This document shows positions 25,284 through 39,511 of a stretch of 64,000 nucleotides of DNA, one piece after another. Below the pieces are notes generated by a model that saw only the letters and a program-made list of their open reading frames with translations, made no database searches and was not told where the DNA came from. The stretch is taken from NCBI GenBank assembly GCA_015680685.1, contig MNCI01003127.1:38176-102175 (forward strand), read 5' to 3'. This DNA comes from Gnetum montanum (taxonomy: Eukaryota; Plantae; Gnetophyta). Position 1 is the first letter of the stretch. The number at the start of each line of letters is the position of its first letter. The position numbers and the translations under genes were made by a program.

Positions 25284-25726
25284 TTAGCTCCTCTTTGTTG
25301 ATGTCTAGAGGATTGGCCCAAGAGACATCAACAAAAAATACAAAACACCACACTTAACATGATACCAACACTACTTGTCAAAGCTTGATTAGACAACACT
25401 TCACCATGTTTAAGAGTGCTTAGGGGAATAAAGTATGGTAGGGAATAGGTTAAGGAGATGGGTCAAGGGACAACAAATGGAGAGGATGTTCATTGTAGAT
25501 GTAGCTATAGGATGCAGCATCACAATGGCTTATCACCAATGCATGCTCCCTCGTTAAAGTGCTTATGAGGGAGTCAACATGTAGAGGTGGCCTACCCTTA
25601 GGATTTTGACCTCTCGTTGAAGTGCTTGTGAGATGGTCAATCCAAGGCTAGACTAGTTGCGAAATAACAACTTTGCTATTTTACTTGGGCACTTGTTTTG
25701 TCCCATTTTTCTCTTGCTCTTGGATC

Positions 25727-25738
25727 TGTGTGTGTGTA

Positions 25739-25775
<37 letters not shown>
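25727..25775. repeat. (TG)n microsatellite
   Basis: Directly visible. Confidence 0.95.
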
Positions 25776-25777
<2 letters not shown>

Positions 25778-26849
25778 TGAGGATGTTTTATTGCTGAGCA
25801 AACTACATGCCACTTAACAAAATTTATTAGAGGCAACCACATTGCTTCTGCAAGACAAGTGTTTCCTCCCTAGGATAAGTTGTGTTACATTGCTTGGAAC
25901 TTTGACCAACCCATAAAGTCTCCCCATGGGATGAGTTGCATTACATTCGTCATGCATTCAATGATTGACTATAGGAAAGGTTCCATGTGCATTACAGAAG
26001 CTTGTAGGGAGTGTGGGAGGATGTAAGATTAAGGGGTAGAGGTGAATTGGCTAGAGGGGTGACAGGGATGTGCACTCTTAAGTAGCTTTGTGAGTCAAAG
26101 CGAACACATCGAAGTAGCATGACAACTTGCCACCATGATGAAATGCACCATTGAACGATGTCACTGAGGCTTCATCTTGCAAATGCAACATAGAGAAAAT
26201 AATAAAAATTAACCACACGATGTGAAATGAATGTGAAGTCATGTTTGCAAGGGCATTTCAAGGGCCACGAGTGCTATGTCAGTTATAAGTACATGCAATG
26301 TCCAAAGTAAGAAGGTTAATGCAAGCATCAATGGTAGCAAGCTAAGCTCTAGCAACTACACCAGAAGTGAGCACCCAAGTGGCTATAGGTGATCGCGATA
26401 CAAGTGCTTGCGAGTTCTCACCAAATGTACGAGCTAAGAAACCTAACAGCATGGTAGGGAGCCACAATGCTACATGTTCTTCCAAGCTTAGGTCATGGTG
26501 AAGGCTGGAGGATAATAGTGTTGTGGCTAGGCCACAGTATCTTTGGTTCTTTGATGAGTGATGTTGATATTGAGAGCTCCAACTAGGATGTTTGGCAATT
26601 TTTGCAGTAGCTCCAAAAAGTCAACAAGATGGCAAAAGGCATCTCCAAAATATCAGCAAGATGCCAAGGATGATGATGCTGCAAATGTCCTAGAGGGTTA
26701 TTTTCCTTGATTTCATGAACTTAATTCTTGAATCTACAATGTTCCACCCCACCCTGCCCGAGAGGTGTGGCCAAGTGACAAAGGATTTGAAGTATTCATG
26801 CCTGCTTGTCCGTAAAACTATATGTGTTGAACTGTGGATGTTGAACTAC

Positions 26850-27125
26850 AAACTTAGTTTTAAGTCTTGGTAAATTGCATGCTATACAAGTTTAAGGTCC
26901 TAGCAGACCATGAACCCAATTTAAGGTTTGGGTAGATCATGATGTGCTAGTTTAAGTTCCTAGTAGATTTTTGTGCTAGTTTAACGTCGTAGCAGATGAT
27001 GGATGGCCAGTTTAAGGTCATAGCGGACCATGCTATGGGTGCTAGTTTAATGTCATAGCCCAGGGACATTCTTTGCTAGTTTAACATCATAGCAAACGTT
27101 CTATGCTAGTTTAACGTCATAGTGA
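26850..27125. repeat. Tandem array GCTAGTTTAA(C/G)GTC downstream of B integrase
   Basis: About 9 spaced copies. Confidence 0.8.
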
Positions 27126-27168
27126 ACATTCTGCTTACCTTGCTTTATCATTGGTATGACACTGGATA

Positions 27169-30100
27169 CTAGGTGTAGTACAACTTTAGGTACAAGTGGT
27201 TATTTAGATTGGCAAACTCATTATTATCTAGATCAGCAATCTTGAATGCTCCATTGTCATAGGCCTTTATGACCGAGAAATGCCCTTCCCAATTAACTAA
27301 GAATTTGTCTGTGGGCTCACGAATGTCTTGATTAGGCATTGAGGTTGATTGTGATGATGCTCCTACCATTTTTTTTCTCGGTACAACTCGATGTGATCAA
27401 GTGTTTACACACGCTCCTCCTCTATAGAGTTAAGGTCAATGGTTCTTAACTTATTATTCTAAACCTCATCAATGAAGCTTGAGAGGATCATACAAAGCGA
27501 TAGGACTTGTAGTTCAGGAGGCAACATTGCTTCAGATCCATACACAAAACTATATGGCATCTTACCTATTTCTATTCTGCATTTCATATGGTAGGCCCAT
27601 AACACATAGACTAGTTGTTCATGCCATCGTCACTTGCTATTACTAAGCATCCTCTTGAGAAGGTTGACAATGACTTTGTTCATAGCCTCTGCTTGACCAT
27701 TCACCTATGGTTAGTACGATGATGAAAAGGAATGTTTAATGCCAAGGTATTCATAGAAGGCTTTAGTTTCTGCACTACTAAATTGTCACCCATTGTCTAT
27801 GACTATAGTCATAGGTAGGCCAAATCAGGTCACTAAGTTATCTAGGATGAATTTGCAAACTTGCTATAATGCTATCTTCCTAAGGAAAATGGCTTCAACC
27901 CACTTTGTAAAATATTCAGTTGCGGTAATGATGAACCTATGTCCTATGGAAGACTTAGGCATTATAGGCCCTATGATATCCAACCCCCAACATTGGAATG
28001 ACCATGTGATCTGCGTAGTATGCAATTCAATGGGTGGCACGTGCATTAGGCTACCATGTTGCTAACACACGTCACATGTCTTGACCTTGGAAATGCAATC
28101 GTGCTCCATGTAAGGCCAATAATAGCCTAGATGTCTAATTTTTACTACCATTGCCCTGGGGGCTATGTTCCCTCCGCATAGTCCCTCATGGACTTGGTTG
28201 ACGATCATTTGCACTTCGCTACCACTAATGCAAGTTAATAGCACTCCATCATAGGATCTGCAACACAAGGTGCTATCACCTACAAGGACATACTACCATG
28301 ATCGCTTTCGTACTGCATCTTTTTAAGCAAACATTAGATTTTGTGGAGGCTCTCCCTATTGGAGGTATGTCTTAATATCGTCATACCACTCTTGAGCATG
28401 AGCTATGCTTATCACACTTATGGATCCAATGCTTGTTGTTTTAGTTATAGGTTTAGTGCAATCCACTATTGTAGTGGGCACTGCAGAAAACATGTTGGGT
28501 GCTATGCTTAAGGATAAACTAGCTAATGCATTAGAAATGGCATTTTCATTACGGGGAATATGTTGGACATCTATACTTGCAAATTATTAGAGTAAGCATT
28601 TCACCAAATCACAGTAAGGTTGAAGATGTTGTACCTTGCAAGCATAAACCTCTGTGACTTGGTTAACAACAAGCTGCAAATCACCTCAAATTGCTATGTT
28701 TTGGATTCCTAAATTATGAACTGCTAAGACACCTCTAGGGAGACCTTCATACTCCACCTCTAGGAAATGTAAAGTGATACATGAAAGGTCAGATCTCCCT
28801 AGAGGGAAATCTAAAGTGTAAGCACCATCAAAGTGTAAGCATCTTGCGTGGTTGAAGCACCATCAAAGTGTAAAACTACTTCAAAGTTTGCAAGTACTTG
28901 ACTTATGCTATTGACATGCTCATCTAGAAATTCTACATCTATTGTTGCTTGATCATCTATGGGTGAAGCCGTAAGTTATGCAACTATTGCCTAACATTTT
29001 GTGGATGCTTGTGCTATGTAGTGTAGGTTAAACTCCATGGTTATTGCCTTCTATTGTGCAGTTTGGCTACTTTCATACATACTTGTAGTAACTATGTAGA
29101 GTACATTACTTTTGTAGATGACATTAACATGACTACAAAAAAGATAGTGTCTCCATTTTTTGAGTGCAAACACTAAGGCGAGATAGTTCTTCTCTACATT
29201 ATTGTATTTTTCCTCGTGGGCCACATGCACATGGATTAAGTAGTAAACAGGGACCTCCAAGCCATCGTCTAACTTTCGGTAAAGCAAAGAAGCAATGGAC
29301 ATGTTTGAGGTTGCAAGGTAAATGTAGAATGACTTATCTCCTTATGGAGGATAGATTATCAGAAGTTGAGCTAGCTCCTTTTTGAGGTTGTCAAATGCCT
29401 CTTGGCATTGAGTTATCCATTCCAACTAGATCCCCTTTTTTGAGAAAATTTTGGAATGGCTACAACTTATCGATCAACTTGGCAATAACCTACGTATGAA
29501 TTGTAATCTACCTTATAACCAGCATAGCTCCTTAAGGTTTCCTAATGACATCAATTTGGTGATGGCCTTAACCTTAAAGGGGTCTACATGTATACCTACT
29601 TCTGATACTACAAATCCTAGCATGCGATCAGTTTTGACATCAAAGACATACTTTTTTGGGTTTAGCCCAAGGTCATGTCTAACACAACGTTTGAGGATGT
29701 GGTCCAAGTCATATGTGTGGTCATGAGCTAACTTGGACTTAACTGCTATATCATCAACATAGTCATTGAGCAAGTCTAGTACATAGTCACTAAAGATATA
29801 TGTCATCGCATGTTGATAGTTTGCTCCTACATCCTTTAGTCTAAAGGACATCATTGTATAGAAAAACATACCCTAGGGGGTCATGAAGATGATGTTGAGC
29901 CGATGCTCTAGGTTGATTTGAATTTGGTTGTACCCTAATAACCAATCCATAAAGGACAACAAGGCATGACTAGCCATAGTATCGATCAGTTGGTCAATAC
30001 TAGGCAACAGGAAATCATCTTTGATGNTGTAACTATAGGGACTTCTATGAGAGGATCCTTAGTTACGTCACCTACTTCTAAGTCCAGAGCTCTAACTAAA

Positions 30101-30264
30101 TGGTCTAGCTAGTCTAGAGATGTCTCTAAGGATGCTACATTTGTGTCATAAGTCACAGGTTTAAAGTCTAGGAGCTCAATGTTTATACATCTCATGGAAC
30201 CACCATAAAGTCCAGTCAAGACTAAGGGCGAATGAAGATGCCCATATGCATTCATTCTGTAATC
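27169..30264 (-). pseudogene. Element B pol RT-RH-aRH-INT (about 370 bp missing at N 30027)
   Basis: YVDDI, HEGLCGG, WGLDIIGPI, EYFTKWVEA, YLKLYYT*. Confidence 0.92.
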
Positions 30265-31189
30265 CTACCAAAAAACCCTACAAAATAACTAGAAAAATAT
30301 CAAACAACACCTACCTTAACAAAGCAAAATGCATAACATAAAGAAGACAATGTTATGAAAATTTTCCTAACTATGCAGTATGTAAAGTAATTTTGGAACC
30401 TCAATTGGCCATAAAATTGCTAGTCTAAGGTCGTGGCAGATCATAGTTTATGTGGAAGACATGGGTTTAAGCAAGGCTTGGAAGGTTTTAAATGTGAAGC
30501 TAAGTTGGATGTTTATTGGACAATTAGAAAAAATGCAAAAAAGTTTCTAAGTATACAAACACGAAAAACTTTGGAAAATTTTTCTAACTCTAGGTGCTAC
30601 ACTCATCCCATGTTACGCATGGGACATGACAAAATCCTGCATTATGCATGGGAAATGGGATGCCCAGAGAGGGTGATGTGTCCTTCAACCTAGAAGAATA
30701 TAAATAGGGGCTTTACTATAGTAAACCTATCATTTTCAAAGTTAAAGTAAACACTCAATGAGCATAGCACAGCTAAGGCAAAGGGAGACAGAGCATAGCG
30801 ATGACAAAGAAGAAGCTAGAGTGTAACATAGATGAAAGAAGAAAACAAGAGCGTAACAATCAACCCTGATGCACTATAGCAAACGCCAACACCCTGGCCT
30901 CACCAACATGAACAAAGGATAATGCACAGTAAGGTACCTTCCCAGGGCACACATAGAGGACCATAGGGAGATGCCATCAGCTAGGTAAGGCACTACGCTC
31001 CACCCTTTGTGATTTCTATTTTTCTTCTTATTTCTTATCTAGTTCAGGATTTTGGAATTTTGAGGGTAGCCTGCCTTGGGCAAGGACCACCACCACTATC
31101 ATGGTCGTCATGAGTCACGGTCAGTGGAGGAAGTGCACATGGTGCATTTTTTTTTGTTTGACCTTTTAAGTTTTTGTTATGAGGGTTTG

Positions 31190-31650
31190 GCATCCCGCAT
31201 GTAGTGTGGAACAATGGTTTTTTCAACATCCCACACATGGCATGGAACAAGCATTCCTTAGCATCTTGTATGTACTACAGGATAGGGCTTTTCCTTGGCA
31301 TCCCGTGTGTGGTATAGAATAGGGGTTTTCTCAGCGTCCCACACATGTTGTGGAATAAGTGTTCCTTAGTGTCCCATGTGCAGTGCAAGACAAGGGTTTT
31401 CCTTAGCATCCCACACATGGTGTGGAATAGGGGTTTTCTCAACATTCCACACGTGGCATGGAACAAGCATTTCTTAGTGTCCCATGTGTAGTATAGGACA
31501 AGAGTTTTCCTTAGCATCCCATGTGTAGTGTAGGATAGGGGTTTTCCTTAGCATCCCGTGCATGGCACATGACATGATTTTCTTTGGTGTCCCACCTGTA
31601 ATGCGAGACAAGGCTTTTTTGGGGTCCCACGCATGACACGAGACAAGGCT
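31190..31650. repeat. ~36-bp tandem array (~13 units, 108-bp higher-order period) with palindromic TCCC...GGA core
   Basis: Units such as ATCCCACACATGGTGTGGAATAGGGGTTTTC. Confidence 0.85.
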
Positions 31651-31799
31651 CAGTTTAGGTGGGTTGAAAGCGAATGTAGAGTGTGATAATCCAAGTAGGA
31701 TGACTATGAGGATCATGGCTATCACATCAATGTACATTCCTAAGAACATAATAGAAGTTAAAAAATTTTTCTTTTTAGCATCATGCTCTACGGATAATG

Positions 31800-32030
31800 C
31801 AGTTGATAGCTAGAAATTTTTGTAGTTGTTATGCTCGGCAAGGAGTGTAACCAGCACTTAGAAAAATTTTGTAGTTTTGAAAGTTATGCTCCATGGGAAA
31901 CGTAACCAACACTTAGAAAGAATTTTGCAATTGTTACGCTCTATGGGGAGTGTAACTAGCACTTAGAAAAAATTTTGCAGTTTTGAAAGTTATGCTCTAT
32001 AGGGACCATAACCAACAATTAGTAGATTTT
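31800..32030. repeat. Tandem units of GTTACGCTC-N-GAGYGTAAC plus CACTTAGAAAAATTTT
   Basis: About 4 copies. Confidence 0.75.
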
Positions 32031-34999
32031 TATTGGATACAATGTAGATGTTAGTATTGTACCCCATTGGGAACTAGGCACATCAAATTGATATGCTGAT
32101 GTCCCTTTTCCATAGGGCTTTGTGGGAAAGTTAAGATTTTTTTCTTAAAATGCTAAGTCTAATTTATATGCATGTTTTCATTTTCGTATCCAATGCTAAC
32201 ATTCTCCTTCTGTCACTGCTAATGCTGCAGGGTATTGCTAAAACCTATCCTTGTCATAGTCAAGTTGGTGGGCATCTTTTGCTACATGTGCGAGCTGGTG
32301 CTAAACATGCCTATACTAAACACACATGTGGGCCACCAAGTAGTATGGTTCAAGTTGGGACACACAAGAATTCCTAAAATTTTTACTCTACCATTTCAGC
32401 ATGATGATATAGTCACACTTGGTCATACAAGTAGCGAACGTCATAATAGAAACACTATTGCCCAATGTGAATCAAGTTATTCTAAGGTTCATATCCAATG
32501 AGCTGGCTAATGATGAACGAGCAAGAAGCTCAAGCCAAGGCTAGAAGGGCCTTAGGCTTTTGTCCAGGCTATGGGGAATGCTTGAATTTTAGTGCTACAA
32601 TAAGAACAACACTTTGTTCGTTGCCCGACGTCTACACACTATTTTCTAGAACCCACCTGGGACAATGTATTGCATTGGAGGGTGAGTCCTATTATGATTT
32701 CTTATCCTACTTATGAGCTTATGACTTAATATGCTAACCTCTTATGTCCATTGCTAGGTTTTCCATTGATGCAAATGGCCTCCATGATGAAGAGGAGGCT
32801 TTGAAGTTGACTCGAACTACCCTACAAGAATTCTCATCTTTTGAGAATGTTTGTGCAACAATGATTGGGCAGATAGGGGCAAACCTAGCAAAACTTCCCC
32901 ATCGATAATCCAAATTTTATGAGAGGTGTCAATCTCTCAACTAAATAGACACTGAGTGGTCAACCAGCATTCCTAGCATGGAAGAACTTTCAATCCCACT
33001 ACTACTATCCCGCACATCATTTGTGCCATGTGAGTCATGTGTCGCTTATTTTTATGCACTTTTAGCTTTATTTTTCTCATGTTGCTAATTTTACCTTCGC
33101 TTATTGCAATTGTAGCTAAGTCAAAAGGAGTTACGGTGGTTGCTATAGGTTGCACTAAGCCCACTCTCATCTTTAAATGTGTCATGCTATTTTATACTCA
33201 CTATTGGTCATTTTAAATCTAACTTATGTACCACAAGTAAGAAAACCCCTACAACGGTAGCAAATCCTGTGGAGGATGATGTCCCTCAACATAAGGAACA
33301 AGTGGCAGACGAAGAAGAACATGAAGCTACATAAGTGTTAAGACAACTTGAGAAAGAAGGGTTGCAATTCGAAGGGGATGAGTCTGAGAATTTCTTTGAT
33401 GGCATGCAGATGGACAGTCTCCTTGCTCTCACACCTGAGGGCTTGTTGGGTAGGAGCTTTGCACTGCCATCTTTGTTTTTTTTTTTTAATTTTTTTTTTG
33501 TCATTTTTGTTTTCTCCTTGGCTGTTGGATACCTAATAATCTCAAAGTATGTTATATTGTAGCTGTTGGTATTTCTACTAAACATCCAACATCCACATCC
33601 ACCTTCCGTACACAACTGTGGACTGAGACTCTAGATAAGTTTGCCTTCATGCAAGGCATGATGGATGATATGATAGATCGTATAAAACAGAAGGGCCTGG
33701 AGATTGGTACACCTATTTTTTATTATTATTATTTTATTAATTTTCTTGTTTGGTTTGTGACTAATGTTATTTTTCCTATTATGGAATGATAGACTTACAG
33801 CTTAAGTGGAACCTGAACAAAGCAGTCTAGGTTGACGTCGTACCAAAGTTTCTCCCCAAAGTGGAGCAAGTGCCTTGTCGTGTGTATGAAAAGGTAAGCA
33901 AATGCACATTGTACTCTATAAAAGCAGTGTAGGAGTGTAGGCATGTCAACCAGCACCTGTGGAAACAAGTGCAGGAGCTTTAGGAAAAGGGGGCAAACCA
34001 AGAGGCAAGACTAGAGGACTTGCAATCCCGCTATGACTTCTTAACGTCATGTGACAAGCTAGACGATAGCTGGCGCACTACCGAAATTAATTACACCATG
34101 TATTGGTCAATTGTTTAGGGTAAGAACGAAGCTACCCATGAGGTGATTGAGAAATAGTTGCAGATGCACCTATTAGCAAGGAAAAATCAAGACTAGAAAG
34201 ATTACAGCCCAAAGGTGTACCAGTGGGGCCAAACTCAAACGAATCACAAGCACCACTACAAGCAAGAATGCGAAGCATACTATAAAAAGTACAGGGATGA
34301 GTTTGTGGAGTGCTGATGTCGAGAGATATTTCTTGATGTAATCAGTGCAATGTAGGCTTATGAGCTATTCGCAAGCATTGTAGTGGTGAGTGGGTCTTCG
34401 AAAAGACAAATCATTGTACCTTCCAGAGAGGTAACTTCTACAAGGTTTTCGCCAAGGCCATCGACATGGACAACCATAGAAAAGGGGAAAGCCCTTATAG
34501 GTTTTGACTTTAGTGTGAAGGACTAAACATGATTATCAAAAGATGAAATCCTCTTACACTTAAAGGCAAGCCTCGACAGGATGCCCCCAGACATGGATGC
34601 AGGCCCTTCTTCGATTGGTCTAGTTTACATCATTTTTATTTACTTTATTATAATGTTGCATGTCACCTTATTGTTAGCTAATTTATTATTTTATTTTTAT
34701 TTAATGCAAGTTCCGGGTGATGGCGTAGGACCCAGCAGAGCAAAGAACAAAGAGAAAGAGGAAGAACCTTAGGCCCCACCATACACTACAGGCTGAAATG
34801 CCCAAAATGTAGCCCTGTTATCAGGAAATTTTGCATTTTTCTAGATTTTATGTTTTGGATGTAAACATCAACTACATACATTATTGATAATTCAATGGAA
34901 ATGTGACAATTATTTTCTTCTCATTTTGTTGTATTTCATGTAATGTTGTTGTAATTTTAACTTATGTTTTGACTAATGCAATTAGGCCCCTTGTGGATC

Positions 35000-35230
35000 C
35001 CATGCCAATTCAAGGCCATGGCAGAAGGGTCATCACTAGTTTAAGGTCATTTTGAGCTATCGCTAGTTTAAGGCCATTTCAGGCCATCGTGTAAAAGGGA
35101 GTTGGTTGCCAATTTTAGGTCTTAATAGTTCATGTGGTAGTTTAAGGCTTTTCTAGGCTATACCATACAAGGAAGCAAGTTTCCAATTTTAGGACTTAGC
35201 CATGTGATAGTTTAAGGCCTTTCTAGGCCC
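35000..35230. repeat. Tandem array TAGTTTAAGGCC
   Basis: About 7 copies, at the position equivalent to 21225-21655. Confidence 0.75.
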
Positions 35231-35370
35231 TCTTTTTTGTTTTTTTGTTTTTTATTTTTTTGCAAAAGAAATGACATAACTAATGTAGAATGTAAACAAT
35301 AATGCCATCATAACTATATAGGAAAACGACACAGAGCAAGTGAAACATGCAGGTGAACTATGGGCATGCC

Positions 35371-38300
35371 TTAGTCATGTAATTTTTTTCTGACCCGGTG
35401 TAGGTTAGGAGGTGCGTAAGGCCTAGAAGGCATAAGACAGTATTCCTCTAAACCTTCGTTTGTTGTAGAGAAGGGTAATTCCACCCAAAGAGCTCCCTCA
35501 TGGAAGTCACTTACCTCGCTTGGTTGTTTAAAATTAGCCAAACTGCATTAACTTTCATTTCAAATAGGTGATGCATCTTCAAAGAATTCTACCTCCAACC
35601 CTTGTTCTGTATCTACGTTGTTGATGGTTAGAGGGGCTATATTATCACCATAGATCATTACCTCTTCACCCTCATAGGGTAAATGAATCTCTTGGTGAAT
35701 AGGTGAAGAAACAGCCCGTAGTTGGGCTAGCCAAGACCTCCCTAAAATTAGGTTGAATCTAGGCATTTCTTCAACTACAATGATTAGCATTAGTGGAGAA
35801 TTTCTTCTCTACCATGAAATTTATTTTGACAGTTCCTTTTACAACAATGCACATCCCATTGAAGAATTTCAAGCATGTTTTTATTGGCTTGATCTAATCA
35901 ACCAAGCCAAGTTTTTCAACAACAGGAAATAGAATGACATTGGTTGCCACCTCATCATCGACATGCACCCTTCAAATTTTATACTGGCCTACATGAATTA
36001 TTATAAACATGGATGCAGTGGTTACCTAACCTTTTTCAAGGTCAGCCTTAATTGCCTCATCACGAAATGTTAAGGGTGTTGACCTTAACTTTTAAGTTGC
36101 AGGTGGTAACATTATAGCATGAATGGTCATTTCGTCTACTGGAATATCTTCCTTAATAGGAATAGATGCTAGCATGTAGACCAATGCCTTGCTATGAGCA
36201 GAAGAGATCATAATCAAGTCATATAGGCTCAAAGTTATGTTTTTTTTTATTTTAGAGCCTATTTAAATTGTGCCAACATGTTTAATAAATCTTTTCCATC
36301 ATTTTTTATTTTGGTGGCTTTTACCTCATCCATGCATCCTAAGAGACAAATCTCCCAGGGAGGAGATTTAACTTTTGGTTCCACAACAAGCTTTCAAGCC
36401 TCAAGACTTTTCTATTGACTATTTGTGTTTGTGTTGGTAGTCTCGGATGATGAGGCCATGGGGATGGCTAACAAGGGAGTGGGCTTAGGAGGACCTAACT
36501 CCATGCATTCCCTAATCATTTTGTCACCAAGACACTCATCATGTCTCTTAGGGTATGATTTTTGGCAAGCAAGTTGTGATGCAATTCCCAACACTGGACC
36601 CCAAGCAGGTGGGAGTCCACACATCTTAGCACCCTAATGACAAAATGTGTTTGGGTTACCATTGCTACAATGTGTTGCAAGGCCCTAACCACAAAGGGTG
36701 TCATGGGTGCTTGAGGTGGTGCTTTGATGACAAAAGGGAACCATGGTCTAGTCGACGTTAAGTCCCCAATGTTACCAGAGGGCACACAAACAACAAATGG
36801 TTCATGTGCCAGTTCTGCATTGTCATTGATGCTAATAGCATTGATGATGTAACCTACACCAGTGGCATTGAGTGGATCCTTGTAAACCTTCATGGATTGG
36901 TTTTTTAGCTGTACAGGACTAATTTCATCAAGGACCAGTTTGCCTTGATCAATCATGCCTTGAACATCATCTTTTAATGCCAAGAAGTAGTCTATGTCAT
37001 GGCTATGCAACTAGTGGTAGTTATAGAATCGGTCCAATTTGAAATTTTTAGGGACTAGGGGCTCATTTGGCATAGTTGTAGAAGGGCTTCTAAGGAATTC
37101 ACAATACCTCTTATAGCATATTTGTGCATCCTTAGACATTTGTTTCTGTTTAATGTGCCCAACACTAAGCAACTGGTTTAAATGCTCTAATAGCTTGATG
37201 GGCAAGGGGTGTACTTTGAGCGATCCTTGCGTTCAAAGTTTAGCCTTTGGGGAGCTTGCCCCATGGCTGCCGATGATGCGAGCTAGTTGATTCCCACAAT
37301 GCCAAATACTGATGCCTTGTTGTTATTGGCCAGGGCTTTAGGCACCTTGGCTACTGGCTTAGTGTTATTGGGTTTGGCTTCATCGGCCACAGCTGCAACT
37401 ATTGTTGTCGCCTTCCCTTTTTCTTTGTCCCTTTTTGTATGTGCATTTTTCTAGGCCACATAGGCCAGGTCCTTACTAGCTTCCATCACATCTTATATGC
37501 TCTTCATTTGAGAAAAATCTTGACTAAGGGAATGCAGGGCTAAATAGTACATCTTTGACTTGATAAAGTCATTCATTGCACCCTTAAAGATAGCCAGAAG
37601 GTGAGTTTCTACTATCGGCTCACAAATTTCATTAAGGGAAGCACTACAACATTGTATAAATTTTTGCACTAGCTATAGTTCCCCTTATTTGATATTCATT
37701 AGCTAGTCTAAGCTAGCCTCAGGCTTCAAGTTATACTTGAAGCAAGTTACAAATTAGTTGAGCAGCTCCTCCAAAGTTGAAATGGAAGCTCTAGTGAGTG
37801 CATGGCACCCATAGAGATCTTTGCCAATCAGGGACATGATAAAGAAACAAATGATTTCATGTGGCCATGCTTGCAAAAGTAGGCATTTAGAACAAAAAGT
37901 TACCATGTGGGCATTAGGGTCCTCCTTACCATTGTATTTTGTGAACTAAGGAAGTTGGACCCCAAGAGGCAAAGTTAGCGACAAGACTGCAGAACTGATG
38001 GGGTCATCTTGATAGAAGTCCATCATGTGAACTATTTTTGAGTTGGCCACTTTAACCTACCTAACCTCCTCCGTGAGATTTTGGATGAGTTGGAACGCTT
38101 ACTCCAAAATTGGGGATGCCATAGCAAGTTACACTGGCTGTGCTTCTAGTGGTGCTGTCGGAGTGGCCCATAGCCTTGTTGTGGGTTGTGCCACCACATG
38201 TGATGCTTGTTGAGTCTACTATTGAATGTATTGTGGCATGTGTAATAGTTGTGCCATAGGCACAGAGGTCATGACCCACCACATGGTTTAGGCTTGGGCT

Positions 38301-39040
38301 ATTGTTGGTGATGCTACTGAGATGGCTGGGATGAAGGGCACTTGACCTATATGTGGCTAAGATATAAGCATCGTGTGAACATACAGTAGTGTCAACATCA
38401 CAGATGCCAGCAAGGAAAGCTACAACAACTAGGAGGAGGTGATAGAGGGGACAGTGGTAGAGGGTGTTGCACTTTGTTGTGCATGCAATACTTGGTGGCT
38501 AGCTACCACAAGCATGGACTTAGGTTGTGAAAGTGTCACTACAGCTTCAAAGGAGGCAAATGACTATGATTGGTGTAGCACAAAAGTGGAGGCAAGCTGT
38601 TGGAAAAATGCATAAAATAGGACACCACTATCTAAATGAGACTCAAGCTCCTCCTGCCCATCCTATAGGGCTCATCATAGTTTTATACCGCATCTTGCTC
38701 TTTCGACCCACTTACCCTAATAAGTTGGTCTAGGATCAATAAGTGGGATGAATGCATCAATGGTGGGAAGGAACTCCTTTTCATTTCAATGAATTATTTC
38801 AAAATTACACCTTGCTTCTATTTCTTGGTAGTCTAAGGATAGGCCTGCTTGAAGCTTCATACAAAGAATATTGTATCATTCATCGTCCAACACCCTGTAT
38901 TCAGGCGATTGATTACACAATCTAAGTGAGTGTCGTTGTGGTCATACAAGGCTGAACGATTACTCAACATCTCTCACCTGTTGACCAGGATGAACTACCT
39001 TTATGCTTAGGGTAGAGGTTGAAGTGCTGATAGGGTTTAT
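35371..39040 (-). pseudogene. Element B gag-protease
   Basis: Gag FTKYNGKEDPNAH; protease VHVDDEVATNVI and FNLILGRSW; ends RKKLHD*. Confidence 0.88.
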
Positions 39041-39488
39041 GTTGCTATGTAGAAAAATGTAAGAAAAGAAGGTGCTAACAAAAACGTTCAAGTGTAGAAA
39101 ATGTAAAAAAAATAGCTAAGTATGCAAACTATGAAAATAGGCCAAAAATGACTAAATTTTGAACTATTGTAAAAAAGTTACTAACTCTAGCATTACACTC
39201 ATTACACTATAAGGGAATATTATGCTCTAAACGGTTGTTACACTCTCCAGAGCACTCAAAGTTTGACATGATGGACACAGTCAGTCTTTTCATCCTATAG
39301 GGTTCTAGGGGAATTGACAACTAGGACCAATCTATAATAATCAAAATGCAAACAACTCCTATGCTAGCCTATGATCAAGCTACTATTGTGGCAGGTCCAT
39401 AGGGTTGTTACATCTACACTAGCTTACCACTAATGACGAAGGTGCAGAAAGCACATGGGACTACCCTTGAACATAGAAGGAATGGAAG

Positions 39489-39506
39489 GCCATCCTTCTA
39501 GCAACA
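39489..39506 (-). promoter_or_regulatory. Element B PBS (degenerate tRNA-Asn)
   Basis: Plus strand GCCATCCTTCTAGCAACA, 5 nt from the LTR. Confidence 0.75.
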
Positions 39507-39511
39507 AAAAC

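Larger units (their letters stand above)
30869..34796 (+). pseudogene. Antisense multi-exon accessory gene of element B (PMD-like exon largely absent)
   Basis: TATAAATA at ~30699; donors AG|GTAAG 30984 and GG|GTGAG 32682; exon peptides homologous to the A copy. Confidence 0.72.

Noticed and set aside
30020-30035. Biological deletion of the RT N-terminus in B
   Set aside because: Breakpoint coincides with a single N, so it is probably an assembly gap; the same caution applies to the N at 5478
31190-31650. CRISPR-like array
   Set aside because: Units are adjacent degenerate repeats without unique spacers; no cas genes; eukaryotic TE context
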